Below the pieces are notes generated by a model that was not told the origin of the DNA, ran no database searches, and saw only the letters and a list, made by a program, of their open reading frames with translations. Shown here one piece after another: positions 40,725-51,915 of a stretch of 64,000 nt of DNA. Position numbers and translations under genes: made by a program. Location: NCBI GenBank assembly GCA_963796105.1, contig CAWCKJ010000012.1, positions 224,001-288,000 of the forward strand. Reading direction: 5' to 3'. The number at the start of each line of letters is the position of its first letter. Within the stretch, counting starts at the first letter, position 1. The DNA comes from a candidate division FCPU426 bacterium. Lineage in GTDB: Bacteria; Oederibacteriota; Muellerivitia; Muellerivitales; Muellerivitaceae.

Positions 40725-42830
40725 TCAAGGAGAAGCGACAGGTGATTCGGAGGCGTATACCAATTTCCGGAAATCGCAGAGTATGGCAAAAAGATCCGCG
40801 GCTTTTCGCAGGAGAGCCAGCCGATTACCCCGGACTTTCTTGTTTTTATCCATGACCAAAACCTTCTCGAAAAAAGCGTGAATGGAGGGCACTAGCAGGC
40901 TCAAATGGTTGACCATATCCCCGTAATAATCAGAGTTTTGGGTGTCGGTCTCTTGTATCATTTTTTGGGCGAATAGAATCTTATCCAAAAGCTCCCTCTC
41001 CTCGGGCAACTTCAAGAGGGTTTTCTGGACCTTATCAGAAATCTTTTTTTCAGGCAGGATTCGAAGAACCCTTCCCGCAGCAGTAACAAGCTCCTGAAAA
41101 TCCGGTTGGGCCTTTTTCCTCTGGAGAAATTCAGCCTTGATCACCATATCGTTCAGGGAAGGGGCCTTGGTGGCCAAACAAGCGTTGACGACATCATAGG
41201 AAACGCCTTTCGTTTCCAAAACCGTATGAAGCCTTCCTAAAAGGAAGTCCACGATTTCCCCAGCCAATCCTGGTTTGGTTTTACCCACGTACTGTTTCAG
41301 TGAGACCGATACCAATTCTTCCAGGGTGAAGGGATAGTGATTTTCCAGCGCAATATGGATGATGCCTAATGCCAGTCTCCGCAGGGCGAAGGGATCCTGG
41401 GAACCTGTGGGTATGAGTCCAGCCTTGAAACATCCCACGATGGTGTCAATTTTGTCAGCAATAGAAAGGAGGGTGGAGTCTCGCCCGATGGGAAGTTGAT
41501 CCCCCGCAAACCTGGGATAATAGTGGTACTGGATTGCCGCGCCGACATCTTCCATGCCCTGCTTGGCCGCGTAAATTCCCCCCATATAACCCTGAAGACT
41601 GTTGAATTCCTTTTCCCGGATAATATTAGTGGCCAGGTCGGCTTTACATAAGAGGGCTGCTTTCGCCAGGGTTGGCAAAACCGTCTTTGAAATCCCGCAG
41701 AGTTCCACCATCCTCGCCATCAACTTGGAAATCCGATGGGCCTTTTCATCCATCGATCCCATGCCTTCCAGCCAAGTAATGCCGGTGAGTTTTTTGGCCC
41801 ATTCCTCCAAGGGTACCTTGAGATCCTCTGAAACGAAGAATTTTGCGTCCTCAAGCCGGGCCTTCAGCACACCCTCGTTGGCTTGGATCACGACCTTTTT
41901 ATCCTTGGGAGATCCGTTGATGACTCCAATGAAAAGGGGAAGAAGACCTCCCTGTTTATCCCTCACCGAAAAGTATTTTTGATGTTCCCGCATGGCGGTC
42001 ACAATGACTGCGTCGGGCAATTCTAAATATTTTGAATCGAAGGAGCCTAAAATCACATCTGGCGATTCCACCAAATTGTTCACATCATCCAATAAATCAG
42101 GGTCGCCTTGGATCACAGCGTCCTTTTCCACCGCCGCTTGCTGAACCTTGTTCCAGATTACCTGTTTTCTCTCGTCAGGATCCGCGATCACCCCGGCCTG
42201 CCGCAGAACTTCCAAATAATCTCCCGCCTCCACAACGTCTAAAGGTCCCTGCTTTCGGGCCCTCAGGCCATAAGTTTCCCGGCTGCTGTACAATCCGGCT
42301 ATCTCAAATGGCACAACCGTCCTGGAAAAAACAGAGCATATCCAACGGATGGGCCTCGCGAATTGAAAATCACCGTTTCCCCAACGCTGAACCTTTGGAA
42401 ACCGGATTTTTTTGATCACTTCGGGAAAAACAGTGGCGAGAATTTCCGATGTCAGTCTTCCCCCTTCTTTTTTAACCGCCACAACCACTTCCCCCTTAGG
42501 GGTCATTTTCCTCTTTAGGGAGGCCATGGAAACGCCTTTAGCTTTGGCGAAACCTTCGCCAGCCCTAGTGGGAAGGCCGTGTTCATCGAAGGCCATGGAT
42601 ACTGGAGGCCCTGTCACCTCCACGACGCTGTCTTCCTGCATTTCATCCAAACCTTTGAAAAACAGGGAGAGACGCCTCGGAGTGTAATAAGTATAAAGAT
42701 GCTTATAAGAGATACGGTGCTCCTGCAGTGAAGCTCTCGCGGCGGCAGCCATCTGTTCGATAGCCGGGCGAATATACGAAGAAGGAATCTCTTCGCATCC
42801 AATTTCAAGAACCGCATCTTTTAAAATCAT
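40725..42830 (-). CDS. glyS: Glycine--tRNA ligase beta subunit
   Basis: LEIGCEEIP, TPRRL, FARPIRWI, HQKYF, ARLEDAKFF and TGSQDPFALRR. Confidence 0.97.
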   Translation of the reverse strand: MILKDAVLEIGCEEIPSSYIRPAIEQMAAAARASLQEHRISYKHLYTYYTPRRLSLFFKGLDEMQEDSVVEVTGPPVSMAFDEHGLPTRAGEGFAKAKGVSMASLKRKMTPKGEVVVAVKKEGGRLTSEILATVFPEVIKKIRFPKVQRWGNGDFQFARPIRWICSVFSRTVVPFEIAGLYSSRETYGLRARKQGPLDVVEAGDYLEVLRQAGVIADPDERKQVIWNKVQQAAVEKDAVIQGDPDLLDDVNNLVESPDVILGSFDSKYLELPDAVIVTAMREHQKYFSVRDKQGGLLPLFIGVINGSPKDKKVVIQANEGVLKARLEDAKFFVSEDLKVPLEEWAKKLTGITWLEGMGSMDEKAHRISKLMARMVELCGISKTVLPTLAKAALLCKADLATNIIREKEFNSLQGYMGGIYAAKQGMEDVGAAIQYHYYPRFAGDQLPIGRDSTLLSIADKIDTIVGCFKAGLIPTGSQDPFALRRLALGIIHIALENHYPFTLEELVSVSLKQYVGKTKPGLAGEIVDFLLGRLHTVLETKGVSYDVVNACLATKAPSLNDMVIKAEFLQRKKAQPDFQELVTAAGRVLRILPEKKISDKVQKTLLKLPEERELLDKILFAQKMIQETDTQNSDYYGDMVNHLSLLVPSIHAFFEKVLVMDKNKKVRGNRLALLRKAADLFAILCDFRKLVYASESPVASP

Positions 42831-42889
42831 AAATTTCTCAAATCCCCCGAAAATAGAATTTCCAAACCTGGTTCAACGCAAAACCCAAA

Positions 42890-43783
42890 TCAAACTTTCT
42901 TCAAAAGCGGATAACCAAGCCCTTCCCTTTTTTTCACGTATGCGGTGGCCACGGCCTTGGCCATTCCCCGTACCCGCGTGATAAAATGGGTCCTCTCAGC
43001 CACGGATATCGCTCCCCTGGCGTCCAAGAGATTAAAGGTGTGGGAAGCCTTGATAACATAATCATAGGCTGGTTCCACCAGATCCAATTCCAGAAGCCGC
43101 TTTACCTCCCCCTCAAAATCGTTGAAGTGTCTTAAAAGCATCTTGATGTTGGCGTGCTCGAAGTTGAAGGCTGAAAAAGCTTTTTCGCTCGGATGAAAAA
43201 TGTCTCGGTAAGTGAGTCCCTTTCCACCGTAATTCAGGTCCCAAACACTATCGACCCCCTGGATGACTGTGGCTATTCTCTCCAACCCGAAGGTGATTTC
43301 CCCGGGAACTGGCCTCAGCTCCAGTCCGCCGGTGGTTTGAAAAAAGGTAAACTGGGTAATCTCAATTCCGTCCATCCAAACCTGCCATCCCAAGCCTGAA
43401 GCCCCCAATGTCGGGGATTCCCAGTCGTCCTCGACGAAGCGGATGTCGTGCTCATCCTGTCGAATACCGATTTCTTCCAGGCTTGCCAAATAAAGTTCCA
43501 CCATGTTATCGGGTGATGGTTTCAAAATGACTTGATACTGGTAATAGTGCTGCATGCGGTTGGGGTTCTCCCCGTAACGGCCGTCTTTAGGTCTGCGGCA
43601 GGGATCCACATAGGCCACTTGGTAGGGTTCGGGGCCCAAGACCCGGAAAAAAGTGGCGGGATTAAAAGTTCCCGCGCCTTTTTCCAAATCGTAAGGCTGT
43701 TGAATAATGCAACCTTGCTTACTCCAATAGTGGTCGAGGATTAGGATGAGTTCTTGAAAGGATGGGGCCATGTTTTTATCCAT
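42890..43783 (-). CDS. glyQ: Glycine--tRNA ligase alpha subunit
   Basis: [29 protein letters not shown] and [15 protein letters not shown]. Confidence 0.97.
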   Translation of the reverse strand: MDKNMAPSFQELILILDHYWSKQGCIIQQPYDLEKGAGTFNPATFFRVLGPEPYQVAYVDPCRRPKDGRYGENPNRMQHYYQYQVILKPSPDNMVELYLASLEEIGIRQDEHDIRFVEDDWESPTLGASGLGWQVWMDGIEITQFTFFQTTGGLELRPVPGEITFGLERIATVIQGVDSVWDLNYGGKGLTYRDIFHPSEKAFSAFNFEHANIKMLLRHFNDFEGEVKRLLELDLVEPAYDYVIKASHTFNLLDARGAISVAERTHFITRVRGMAKAVATAYVKKREGLGYPLLKKV

Positions 43784-43869
43784 AAAAATATTTATTAAAG
43801 GAAAATAAGGGAATTCGACGGGCTTCGCAAGCTAAAACCGTTGTTATATCCAAAATCTTGTATTGCAGT

Positions 43870-43914
43870 TAAAAAAAAGCCTTCTGCAACCTGATTTGTT
43901 GCAGAAGGCTTTTC
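43870..43914 (-). terminator. Terminator after csp
   Basis: AAAAGCCTTCTGCAAC...GTTGCAGAAGGCTTTT with an A8 run. Confidence 0.85.
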
Positions 43915-43931
43915 GAACTACAACAAAATCA

Positions 43932-44132
43932 TCAGATTTTGTGGACGTTTTCAGCCTTTAAACCCTTTTGGCCCTGGGTGACTTCAAATTCCACCCGGTC
44001 TCCTTCGTTCAAAGTTTTGAATCCGTCGCCTTGAATCGACGAGTAATGGACAAATACATCCTCGCCGCCATCCTGGGAGATAAAACCAAATCCTTTTTCA
44101 TTCTTAAACCACTTTACAGTGCCTTGAGCCAT
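43932..44132 (-). CDS. csp: Cold-shock protein
   Basis: GTVKWF, KGFGFI and DVFVHYS. Confidence 0.97.
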   Translation of the reverse strand: MAQGTVKWFKNEKGFGFISQDGGEDVFVHYSSIQGDGFKTLNEGDRVEFEVTQGQKGLKAENVHKI

Positions 44133-44530
44133 TCCACTAACCTCTGCATATAAATTTTATATCCTTCCTGGGGCATAAACCCTCAAGAAGGCCATCATCT
44201 TACAAAAAAGCTTATATTTTGAAAACTTTTTTCGAGGAAAAATCACTGAAATATTTCTCTTTCGAATTTTCTGCCGTTTTTCCCATATAATTCTGCGCAA
44301 TTGCATATTTTTTAAGGAGGGAGCGGAAAAGCCGTTAGGCAAGTTCTAAATGGACCCATTCTGACTTATGGTGTTCTCATAAAAAACCGTCACAAATGCA
44401 TTAAAAACATTCCCACACATTTTTTGTGAATTTTTAAATTTCGGAGGAAGGAAATATCAATTAATCGGATCAAATGGGTTGGAAAAATTTTCTTTTATCG
44501 AACAATGTCTATAAAAAAAACTACCCGATT

Positions 44531-44980
44531 TTAGCGCAAGGTCAGCGCTAAGAAACCGAATTCCAATAGTAGGAGACCCACAACTAAAATAGATCCCAGG
44601 ATAAACCATCCCCATCCATCAGTAGCCGGTTCTGCTAAAAGTGGTTTTTGGGTTGGCCAAACCCGAACATTGTCGCCCTTGGATGGCTGGTACTGATCCG
44701 GCCAAACTGGATAAAGGCAGAAAATTTTATCGGTCTTCTGTCCATCCATATCAACTGATATCTCAAAAAATCCCCCCAACCGACAACCGGTCCTGATTTT
44801 TCCTAAGCGGTCGACTGACGACAGAATTTTGGCGTCTTTTCCACCCTGGGTCGCAGCAAGAGAAGAGACTGAATAAGATAAAAAAAGAAGAGCAACCAAA
44901 AAGAAAACAATGGCCAGGAAAGTACCGAAAATTTTTAAAAGCAAAAACCGCGCGGTATTTTTCCATTCAGATGAATCCAT
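44531..44980 (-). CDS. Hypothetical membrane protein (2 TM segments)
   Basis: N- and C-terminal hydrophobic helices; GAGG upstream. Confidence 0.6.
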   Translation of the reverse strand: MDSSEWKNTARFLLLKIFGTFLAIVFFLVALLFLSYSVSSLAATQGGKDAKILSSVDRLGKIRTGCRLGGFFEISVDMDGQKTDKIFCLYPVWPDQYQPSKGDNVRVWPTQKPLLAEPATDGWGWFILGSILVVGLLLLEFGFLALTLR

Positions 44981-45212
44981 GGGCGTTCCTCAAATCATAG
45001 AAATAAGATGCTTTTTCTAAACTATTGTATCGATAATCAGCTGGATATCTAGGCCTTTCAACGCTGTCCCGATCGGGAATCATGCGGGTTTTTTAAATCT
45101 TATCAATAAAATTTAGAAATTTAGTCTTCGTTGATCTGTTGTATGACGGCATTCCATTTTGAGAATCATCTAAGAGGGATTCAGCCGAATAAAGCCAGCT
45201 CAGGAAATATTA

Positions 45213-45779
45213 TCACATCATTCCCAGCTGCAACCTGGCCGCGTCTGACATGAGAGCCTGATTCCAAGGCGGGTCAAAGGTAACTTCCACATTAGCTTCC
45301 TTCACCCCGGGAATTCGGCCGAGCTTCTGCTCGATTTCGGCCTTCAAGACCGTGGACATTCCACAGCCTGGGGCGGTGAGGGTCATAAGCACCTCAACTT
45401 TTTTCCCTCCCTGGGGGTGCGGTTTGATCTGGCTACCGTATATCAACCCCAATTCAACGATATTGACGGGTATTTCGGGGTCATAGCAAGTCTTAAGCTG
45501 ATCCCAAACATCGTTCTCCACATCCTTATCCTCGCGGGACTTTTCATCGCCATACTCGATCTTGAAAACTTTTGCTTCCGCCGGCACTTCCTTGCCAAGG
45601 GCATCCGCGTCTCTCCCGTCGATTCGAACCAATTGACCGTTGTCCCTTTGGAGGGTAAAACTGCCCCCAAGGGTTTGAGTGATGTAAACTTTTTCATCCT
45701 TGAAAACAATCGTCTCAGTCCCGTAGGGAATGGTAATGGCCTTGCATTCCCGCTGAAGAGTGATTAATTCGTAGCTCAT
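45213..45779 (-). CDS. sufT: Fe-S assembly protein SufT (DUF59/PaaD-like)
   Basis: TQTLGGSFT, CYDPEIPVNIVELGL, MTLTAPGCGM and FDPPW. Confidence 0.9.
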   Translation of the reverse strand: MSYELITLQRECKAITIPYGTETIVFKDEKVYITQTLGGSFTLQRDNGQLVRIDGRDADALGKEVPAEAKVFKIEYGDEKSREDKDVENDVWDQLKTCYDPEIPVNIVELGLIYGSQIKPHPQGGKKVEVLMTLTAPGCGMSTVLKAEIEQKLGRIPGVKEANVEVTFDPPWNQALMSDAARLQLGMM

Positions 45780-46249
45780 TCACCGCTCCCCGTTCCATCG
45801 TCCGTTGAAACCATTTTACCCGGTTCATGCAGGGCCGCTTCGAGCGTGTGCCAGGCCAAGCTGGCGCATTTCACCCTAGCCGGATAATCCCGGACACCCG
45901 CGAAAACTTTTAGTTTTCCAAGCGCTTCCGGAGCTGGCTCGTCATTTTTCCCCATCACCATATCGTGAAATTGGTTAAACATTATGTCCGCAATCCCAAT
46001 TTTCTTCCCTTTCAACGCAACGGTCATCATGGACGCCGAAGCTTTGGATATGGCGCAACCCGATCCTTTGAATTTGATTTCCCGAATGACCCCTTCGGAA
46101 TCCACTTGAAGGTTCAAGGAAATCCGGTCGCCGCAGAGCGGATTGAATCCGTCCGCATGATGACTCGCGCTCTCTAATTCCCCAAAGTTATGGGGATGTT
46201 TTTGATGGTCAAGAATGACCTCTTGGTATAAATCCCTCAAGTCGGACAT
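45776..46249 (-). CDS. sufU: SUF-system NifU-family protein SufU
   Basis: LYQEVILDH, NPLCGD, GCAISKAS and RVKCASLAW. Confidence 0.95.
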   Translation of the reverse strand: MSDLRDLYQEVILDHQKHPHNFGELESASHHADGFNPLCGDRISLNLQVDSEGVIREIKFKGSGCAISKASASMMTVALKGKKIGIADIMFNQFHDMVMGKNDEPAPEALGKLKVFAGVRDYPARVKCASLAWHTLEAALHEPGKMVSTDDGTGSGE

Positions 46250-47514
46250 CAGGCAAAAACCTCCAATACTTTCATGAGCGCCGCCGCAAGGACATCAAGA
46301 TCCTCCCGGGTATTGTAAAGGGCCAAAGAAGCACGAGCGGTGGCGGATATTCCGTAGCGGTCCATGACCGGTTGCGCGCAATGATGACCTGCCCTGATGG
46401 CAACTCCTTCCCGATCCAGGATAGTGCCGATATCGTGAGGGTGTATATCTCCCAGAGTGAATGACAGAACTCCCGCTTTATGGGAAGCCGTTCCCACTAA
46501 TTTAACTTCCTTGTTTGTCATAAGTATTTTTGTCCCATATAACAAAAGATCGTTTTCGTGGTCGGCAATCGCCACTAATCCAATGGAATTAACAAAATCC
46601 AGCGCTGCTCCCAATCCGATGACACCCGCGATATGGGGTGTTCCCGCCTCAAACCTGTGGGGTGGTTTTTTAAAAAGAGTCTTTTCAAAAGTCACCGAGG
46701 AGATCATGTCCCCGCCTCCCTGCCAGGGAGGCATCGAATCCAGGAGATTATCCTTGCCGTAAAGAACTCCTATCCCCGTGGGCCCAAAAATCTTATGCCC
46801 TGAGAAGGCGTAAAAATCGCAATCCAGGGCCTGAACATCCACTTCCATGTGCGAAACAGCCTGGGCCCCATCCAGGAGAACCTTGATTCCACTCGCGTGG
46901 GCGACTTTGATGATTTCCACCGCCGGGTTCAAGGTCCCAAGAGCGTTTGAGACCTGGGTGAATGCCAGCAATTTGGTCTTGGGGGTCATGAGTTTGTAAA
47001 GATCCTCCAATACCAGCTCACCTGCTTCGTTGATCGGTGCCACTTTCAACACAGCGCCCTTTTCCTCGCAAAGCATCTGCCATGGCACGATGTTGGAATG
47101 GTGTTCCATGGTGGTGATGAGGATTTCATCCCCGGCCCGGACGAACTTCCTTCCCCAGCTTTGAGCTACCAGATTGATGGACTCGGTGGTTCCCCGGGTA
47201 AAGATGATTTCTTTTGAATCCGAAGCGTTCAGGAATTTTTGAACCTTGACTCGGGATGCCTCGTAAGCCTGGGTGGCTTTCTCGCTTAAAAGATGCACCC
47301 CCCGGTGGATATTGGCGTTTTCCTCCCGGTAATATCGGTCTAGGGCTTCGATCACCTGTCGGGGTTTCTGGGTGGTGGCGGCATTGTCCAGGTAAACCAA
47401 GGGCTTCCCATGAACCTTATGGGAAAGGATGGGAAACTGGGACCTTACCGATAAGACATCCAAAGGCTTCGCATTTGTAATAGTCTCGGAGTTCACGTGG
47501 GTTTGTGTTTTCAT
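46249..47514 (-). CDS. sufS: Cysteine desulfurase SufS
   Basis: YLDNAATTQKP, FSGHK and RAGHHCAQP; start likely 47514. Confidence 0.96.
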   Translation of the reverse strand: MKTQTHVNSETITNAKPLDVLSVRSQFPILSHKVHGKPLVYLDNAATTQKPRQVIEALDRYYREENANIHRGVHLLSEKATQAYEASRVKVQKFLNASDSKEIIFTRGTTESINLVAQSWGRKFVRAGDEILITTMEHHSNIVPWQMLCEEKGAVLKVAPINEAGELVLEDLYKLMTPKTKLLAFTQVSNALGTLNPAVEIIKVAHASGIKVLLDGAQAVSHMEVDVQALDCDFYAFSGHKIFGPTGIGVLYGKDNLLDSMPPWQGGGDMISSVTFEKTLFKKPPHRFEAGTPHIAGVIGLGAALDFVNSIGLVAIADHENDLLLYGTKILMTNKEVKLVGTASHKAGVLSFTLGDIHPHDIGTILDREGVAIRAGHHCAQPVMDRYGISATARASLALYNTREDLDVLAAALMKVLEVFA

Positions 47515-48827
47515 TACTCCCCCCCACCCATCCAACGTCGAACCATGTCCGTTAATGGTTTTTTGAGATACTCGTTTTCGATCCTTTCCACCATCTCGCC
47601 GGCGAATGAGTAAACCAGGGTCCTTTTCGCCTCTTCCCTGCCGATGCCCCTGGATTGGAAATAGAAAAGGGCCTCCTCGTCCATCTGGCCGGTGGCGGAG
47701 CCGTGGGAACATTTCACATCATCGGCGTAAATCTGGAGTTGGGGCTTTGAATAAACCTTGGTTTCTTTGGAAAGTTGCAGATTTTTATTGGACTGGCGGG
47801 CGTCGGTCTTTTGGGCGTTTTCCCGAACCAAAATGCTGCCGTCAAATATGGCGGTTGATTTCCCATCCAGGACTCCCTTAAAGGTCTCCTGGCTGGAGCA
47901 GAAAGGCGACAGGTGATCGATAAAGATCCGGGTATCCATGTGTTGATTGCCTTTGGTCAAATAAAGACCTTCCAGAAGGCACTCGGCGTTTTTTTCTGTC
48001 AAGACTGTTTCCACCTCGTGACGGGCCAGGCTTCCGCCGAAAGAATAGGTTCTCGTGGACAGCCGGCTCCCCTGGGCTTGTTTAACCGCGAGGGTTGAAA
48101 AGTGGAAAGCTTTTTCACTTTCCTGTTGAATCTTGGTGTGCGTCAGTGAGGACCCCCTGGACAATACCGCTTCCGTCACGGCTCCCACGAAATAGGGGCT
48201 GTCCCCCTCACTCAGGTAATGTTCAATCACGGTTGCCGAACTATCCTGGCCCAGCAGGAAAAGATTCCGGACATGGGTCTGGCACTGGGGGGTGCCTTTG
48301 GTCGTGAGATAAACGATATGGATAGGCTTATTCAGAACCTGCCCCTCGGGAACGCTTAAATAAAGACCATCTGTGAAATAGGCCGTATTTAAAGCGGTAA
48401 AACTCTTATTCTCATAGTTCAAAACCTGGCCAAAATTACATCGAATCGATTCTTCATCCGCTTCCAAAATAGTTTTTAATTGAATGCCTTTGGATAAAGG
48501 TCCGACTTTCGATAGTTTCCATACAAGGAAACCGTTCACAAAAACAACGATGTCCGCATTTCCAGTTTCAAACGAGAGGGTTTTTAGAAGGTCATTTACG
48601 CTAGTTGCAGGTGCTTCCGCATGGCCCCAGATAAAATAATGTTTATATAGCACGTCCAAGGAAGTGTATTTCCAATTTTCGGACTTCCTGTCTGGAAAAC
48701 CCATCTTAAAAAAATGTGACCAAGCTTTATCCCGAGTCTCTTTTAACCACGAAGCCCTACCGAATGGCACTGCTTTCTCAAATGGAAAGGGGGCTGAGAT
48801 TTTTTCATCCATCCTGTTGGTTTCCAT
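47514..48827 (-). CDS. sufD: SufD
   Basis: ENWKYT, KPQLQIYADDVKCSHG and ALFYFQSRGI. Confidence 0.95.
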   Translation of the reverse strand: METNRMDEKISAPFPFEKAVPFGRASWLKETRDKAWSHFFKMGFPDRKSENWKYTSLDVLYKHYFIWGHAEAPATSVNDLLKTLSFETGNADIVVFVNGFLVWKLSKVGPLSKGIQLKTILEADEESIRCNFGQVLNYENKSFTALNTAYFTDGLYLSVPEGQVLNKPIHIVYLTTKGTPQCQTHVRNLFLLGQDSSATVIEHYLSEGDSPYFVGAVTEAVLSRGSSLTHTKIQQESEKAFHFSTLAVKQAQGSRLSTRTYSFGGSLARHEVETVLTEKNAECLLEGLYLTKGNQHMDTRIFIDHLSPFCSSQETFKGVLDGKSTAIFDGSILVRENAQKTDARQSNKNLQLSKETKVYSKPQLQIYADDVKCSHGSATGQMDEEALFYFQSRGIGREEAKRTLVYSFAGEMVERIENEYLKKPLTDMVRRWMGGGE

Positions 48828-49591
48828 CAAACTTCCGCTTCTTTCTTTTGCCCGTTCGTGAGCCAGCCATAACCCTTCTCTTCCAATTCCAGGGCCAGTT
48901 CCTTGCCGCCCGACTTCACAATACGTCCTTGCGCCAAGACGTGGACTTTATCCGGTACGATGTATTCCAGCAGGCGTTGGTAATGGGTGACCAAAAGGAC
49001 GGCCCTCTCCGGATTCCGCAGGGCGTTGACCCCGTCCGCCACCACTTTCAAGGCGTCTATATCGAGGCCCGAGTCCGTCTCGTCCAGGACCGCCAGCTTG
49101 GGTTCCAGGACAGCCATCTGGAGCACCTCGTTCTTCTTCTTTTCACCCCCGGAAAAGCCTTCGTTCACCGAGCGTTGAAGCATGGTTTCATCCATCCGGA
49201 GGGGTTTCAATTTGGCCTTGACCAGATCCAGGAAATCCATGGCGTCCAATTCCTCTTCCCCCCGCGACTTTCTAATCGCGTTTAGGGCCGCTTTCAGGAA
49301 ATAAGTATTGTTGACTCCCGGGATTTCAACCGGATATTGGAAAGCCAGGAACACCCCCTGCCTCGCGCGATCCTCCGGGGACAAAGCTAGTAGATCTTTC
49401 CCCTCGAAACGCACTTCGCCGTCTGTCACTTCATATCCATCCCTTCCTGCGAGGATGTGGGCCAGGGTGCTTTTCCCCGAGCCGTTGGGACCCATGATGG
49501 CGTGCACTTCGCCCTTCCCAACGTTCAGGTTGATCCCCTTGAGAATTTCTTTTCCATCGACTTTGACTTTCAGGTTCTTGATCTCCAGCAT
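48827..49591 (-). CDS. sufC: SufC ATPase
   Basis: GPNGSGKST, FQYPVEIPGV, FSGGEKK and DETDSGLDID. Confidence 0.97.
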   Translation of the reverse strand: MLEIKNLKVKVDGKEILKGINLNVGKGEVHAIMGPNGSGKSTLAHILAGRDGYEVTDGEVRFEGKDLLALSPEDRARQGVFLAFQYPVEIPGVNNTYFLKAALNAIRKSRGEEELDAMDFLDLVKAKLKPLRMDETMLQRSVNEGFSGGEKKKNEVLQMAVLEPKLAVLDETDSGLDIDALKVVADGVNALRNPERAVLLVTHYQRLLEYIVPDKVHVLAQGRIVKSGGKELALELEEKGYGWLTNGQKKEAEV

Positions 49592-49629
49592 CTCTCCTCC
49601 AGAATTCCTTGGGATTGATTATTTCCACG

Positions 49630-51078
49630 TCAACCGACGCTTCCTTCCAAACTGACGCTCAACAATTTCTGGGCTTCCACCGCGAATTCCATGGGAAGCT
49701 TCCGGAAAACATCCTTGCAAAACCCATTGACGATAAGATTAATCGCGTCCTCGCTGGAAAGGCCTCTTTGGCGGCAGTAAAAAACCTGGTCCTCACTGAT
49801 TTTTGAGGTGGAGGCCTCATGCCCCACCTTGGAGCTGTTGTTTTTTACCTCAATGTAAGGCACCGTATGGGCCGAACATCTGTCCCCCATCAGAAGCGAG
49901 TCACACTGGGTATAATTCCCGGCGTTTTCAGCGCCCGGCTGGATTCGAACCAAACCCCGGTAGGTGTTTTGCCCCCGGCCCGCTGAAATCCCCTTGGAAA
50001 CGATGGTGCTTTTTGTGTTTTTACCAATGTGGATCATTTTGGTTCCAGTATCCGCCTGCTGGCGGTTGTTCACCACCGCCACAGAATAGAATTCCCCCGT
50101 GGAATTGTCGCCCTGCAGGATACAACTGGGATATTTCCAGGTAATGGCAGATCCGGTCTCCACCTGGGTCCATGATATCTTGGAGGAATTTCCCCGGCAG
50201 GCTCCGCGCTTGGTCACGAAATTGTAAACCCCGCCCTTACCCTCTTTGTCCCCCGGATACCAGTTTTGAACGGTGGAATACTTGATCTCGGCGTTGCCCA
50301 GGGCCACCAATTCGACGACCGCCGCGTGCAGCTGGTTTTCATCTCTCATAGGCGCGGTGCATCCCTCCAGGTAGCTCACGTAAGAGCCCTCATCGGCGAT
50401 CAAGAGGGTTCTCTCGAATTGCCCCGTCTTGGCCGCGTTTATCCTAAAATAGGTGGAGAGCTCCATCGGGCACCGCACACCCTTTGGCACGTAACAGAAC
50501 GAACCGTCGGTGAAAACGGCGCTATTCAAGGCCGCGAAGAAATTATCATTGTAAGGGACCACCGACCCCAGGTATTTTTCGATGAGCTCTGGATGTTCCT
50601 GCACCGCCTCGGAAAAAGAGGAGAAAAAGATTCCTAATTCCCCCAGCTTTTTCTTAAAAGTTGTCCCGACAGAGACGCTGTCCAGAACCGCGTCCACGGC
50701 GACTCCCGCGAGAATTTCCCTTTCCTGGAGCGGTACTCCCAGTTTCTCAAAGGTCTTCAGGATCTCGGGGTCCACCTCCGCCAGACTCTTGGGACCGTTA
50801 TTCTTGGGCGCTGAATAATAAATAATGGATTGATAGTCGATGGGAGGATATTGGACATAGGCCCAAACAGGTTCCGTCATGCGTTTCCAAAAGCGGAAGG
50901 ATTTCAGCCGCCATTCCAGGAGAAACTTTGGCTCTTTTTTCTTTTGGGAGATAAACCTGATGATATCCTCGTTGAGTCCTGGCGGGGCGGAATCCGCCTC
51001 AATATCCGTTACAAATCCGTATTTGTATTCCTCAGTGGTGATTTTTTCGACAGGTTGTTCCTGGGCTTGAGGTTTCAT
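49630..51078 (-). CDS. sufB: SufB
   Basis: [27 protein letters not shown] and QNWYPG; start likely 51078. Confidence 0.97.
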   Translation of the reverse strand: MKPQAQEQPVEKITTEEYKYGFVTDIEADSAPPGLNEDIIRFISQKKKEPKFLLEWRLKSFRFWKRMTEPVWAYVQYPPIDYQSIIYYSAPKNNGPKSLAEVDPEILKTFEKLGVPLQEREILAGVAVDAVLDSVSVGTTFKKKLGELGIFFSSFSEAVQEHPELIEKYLGSVVPYNDNFFAALNSAVFTDGSFCYVPKGVRCPMELSTYFRINAAKTGQFERTLLIADEGSYVSYLEGCTAPMRDENQLHAAVVELVALGNAEIKYSTVQNWYPGDKEGKGGVYNFVTKRGACRGNSSKISWTQVETGSAITWKYPSCILQGDNSTGEFYSVAVVNNRQQADTGTKMIHIGKNTKSTIVSKGISAGRGQNTYRGLVRIQPGAENAGNYTQCDSLLMGDRCSAHTVPYIEVKNNSSKVGHEASTSKISEDQVFYCRQRGLSSEDAINLIVNGFCKDVFRKLPMEFAVEAQKLLSVSLEGSVG

Positions 51079-51611
51079 CTCGGCATCCCTTTTCCGATGA
51101 TGGTTTCCGGGACTCCTGGTTTTCCTGTTCCCTGCGTCGAACGCTGGGATCTTGGGGAAACAGAGGAATCTTTGAGCCACTTCTCCATTTCCGGCTCGCT
51201 GGATACCAAATCCGAAAGTTTGCACTTGCGAAGATATGAGGAAAGAGTCAGGTCTAAACCCATCCAAAGGGAACGGATTGCGCAATCCATCGTGTGGATG
51301 CAGGATAGATGTTCTTTGTTGGGAGTCTCGCACACCTCTTCCTGTTTGAAAAACTTGCCGCCCAACGCCTCTAAAACTTCGTGAATATTGATTTCATTAG
51401 CCGGCCTTGCTAGCTGGTAACCCCCGCTCTGGCCGCGGATGCTCTGGACAAGTTCTCTTCTTCGAAGAATGCTCATAATCTTTGCCACGTAAGCGGAAGT
51501 GAGCCCTTCCAGACGGGAAAGCTCCAGAATGGTTGTCATGCCTTGAGGCCCTTTCTTGGCCATTTGAAGCATGCACCGTAAACCATATTCTTCAGTCGAG
51601 GACATCCGCAT
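51075..51611 (-). CDS. Rrf2-family regulator with three Cys (IscR-like)
   Basis: [23 protein letters not shown] and C-x9-C-x5-C. Confidence 0.9.
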   Translation of the reverse strand: MRMSSTEEYGLRCMLQMAKKGPQGMTTILELSRLEGLTSAYVAKIMSILRRRELVQSIRGQSGGYQLARPANEINIHEVLEALGGKFFKQEEVCETPNKEHLSCIHTMDCAIRSLWMGLDLTLSSYLRKCKLSDLVSSEPEMEKWLKDSSVSPRSQRSTQGTGKPGVPETIIGKGMPR

Positions 51612-51644
51612 GAGAAACCTGCCCAATTGAATAATTGTGTGAAA

Positions 51645-51694
51645 ATAGCTGACTTCATTAGAATTTCGGGAATCTTTACTAAAAAGTCAAGTAT
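51645..51694. promoter_or_regulatory. Putative Rrf2 operator
   Basis: ATAGCTGACT...AGTCAAGTAT inverted half-sites spanning 50 bp (2 x 25) upstream of rrf2-suf. Confidence 0.5.
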
Positions 51695-51735
51695 AGGCTC
51701 AACGAATGGAAAATCAAGCCAATTGGATTAGTGAA

Positions 51736-51915
51736 TTACTTGATTAAATGAAGCAAAAGCCCGATTTGGTGCAAGATAGGGGAAGTATTAAGGACCACTA
51801 AATCCCAAAGGAATTTCAATAAAAATTTGGTTTGGGTCCAATTGGATGCGGCTGCCGCAAGGACAACGGCACCCAAAATCGCAAGGATCCCTTTAGAACT
51901 ACCTTCGGAATACAT
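51736..51915 (-). CDS. Small membrane protein (59 aa)
   Basis: Below the ORF-track cutoff. AGGAG SD; MYSEGSSKGILAILGAVVLAAAASNWTQTKFLLKFLWDLVVLNTSPILHQIGLLLHLIK; abuts the gntK stop. Confidence 0.55.
   Translation of the reverse strand: MYSEGSSKGILAILGAVVLAAAASNWTQTKFLLKFLWDLVVLNTSPILHQIGLLLHLIK

Noticed and set aside
43784..43931. T-box leader for glyQS
   Set aside because: The gap is short, largely taken by the csp terminator, and no T-box consensus is visible.
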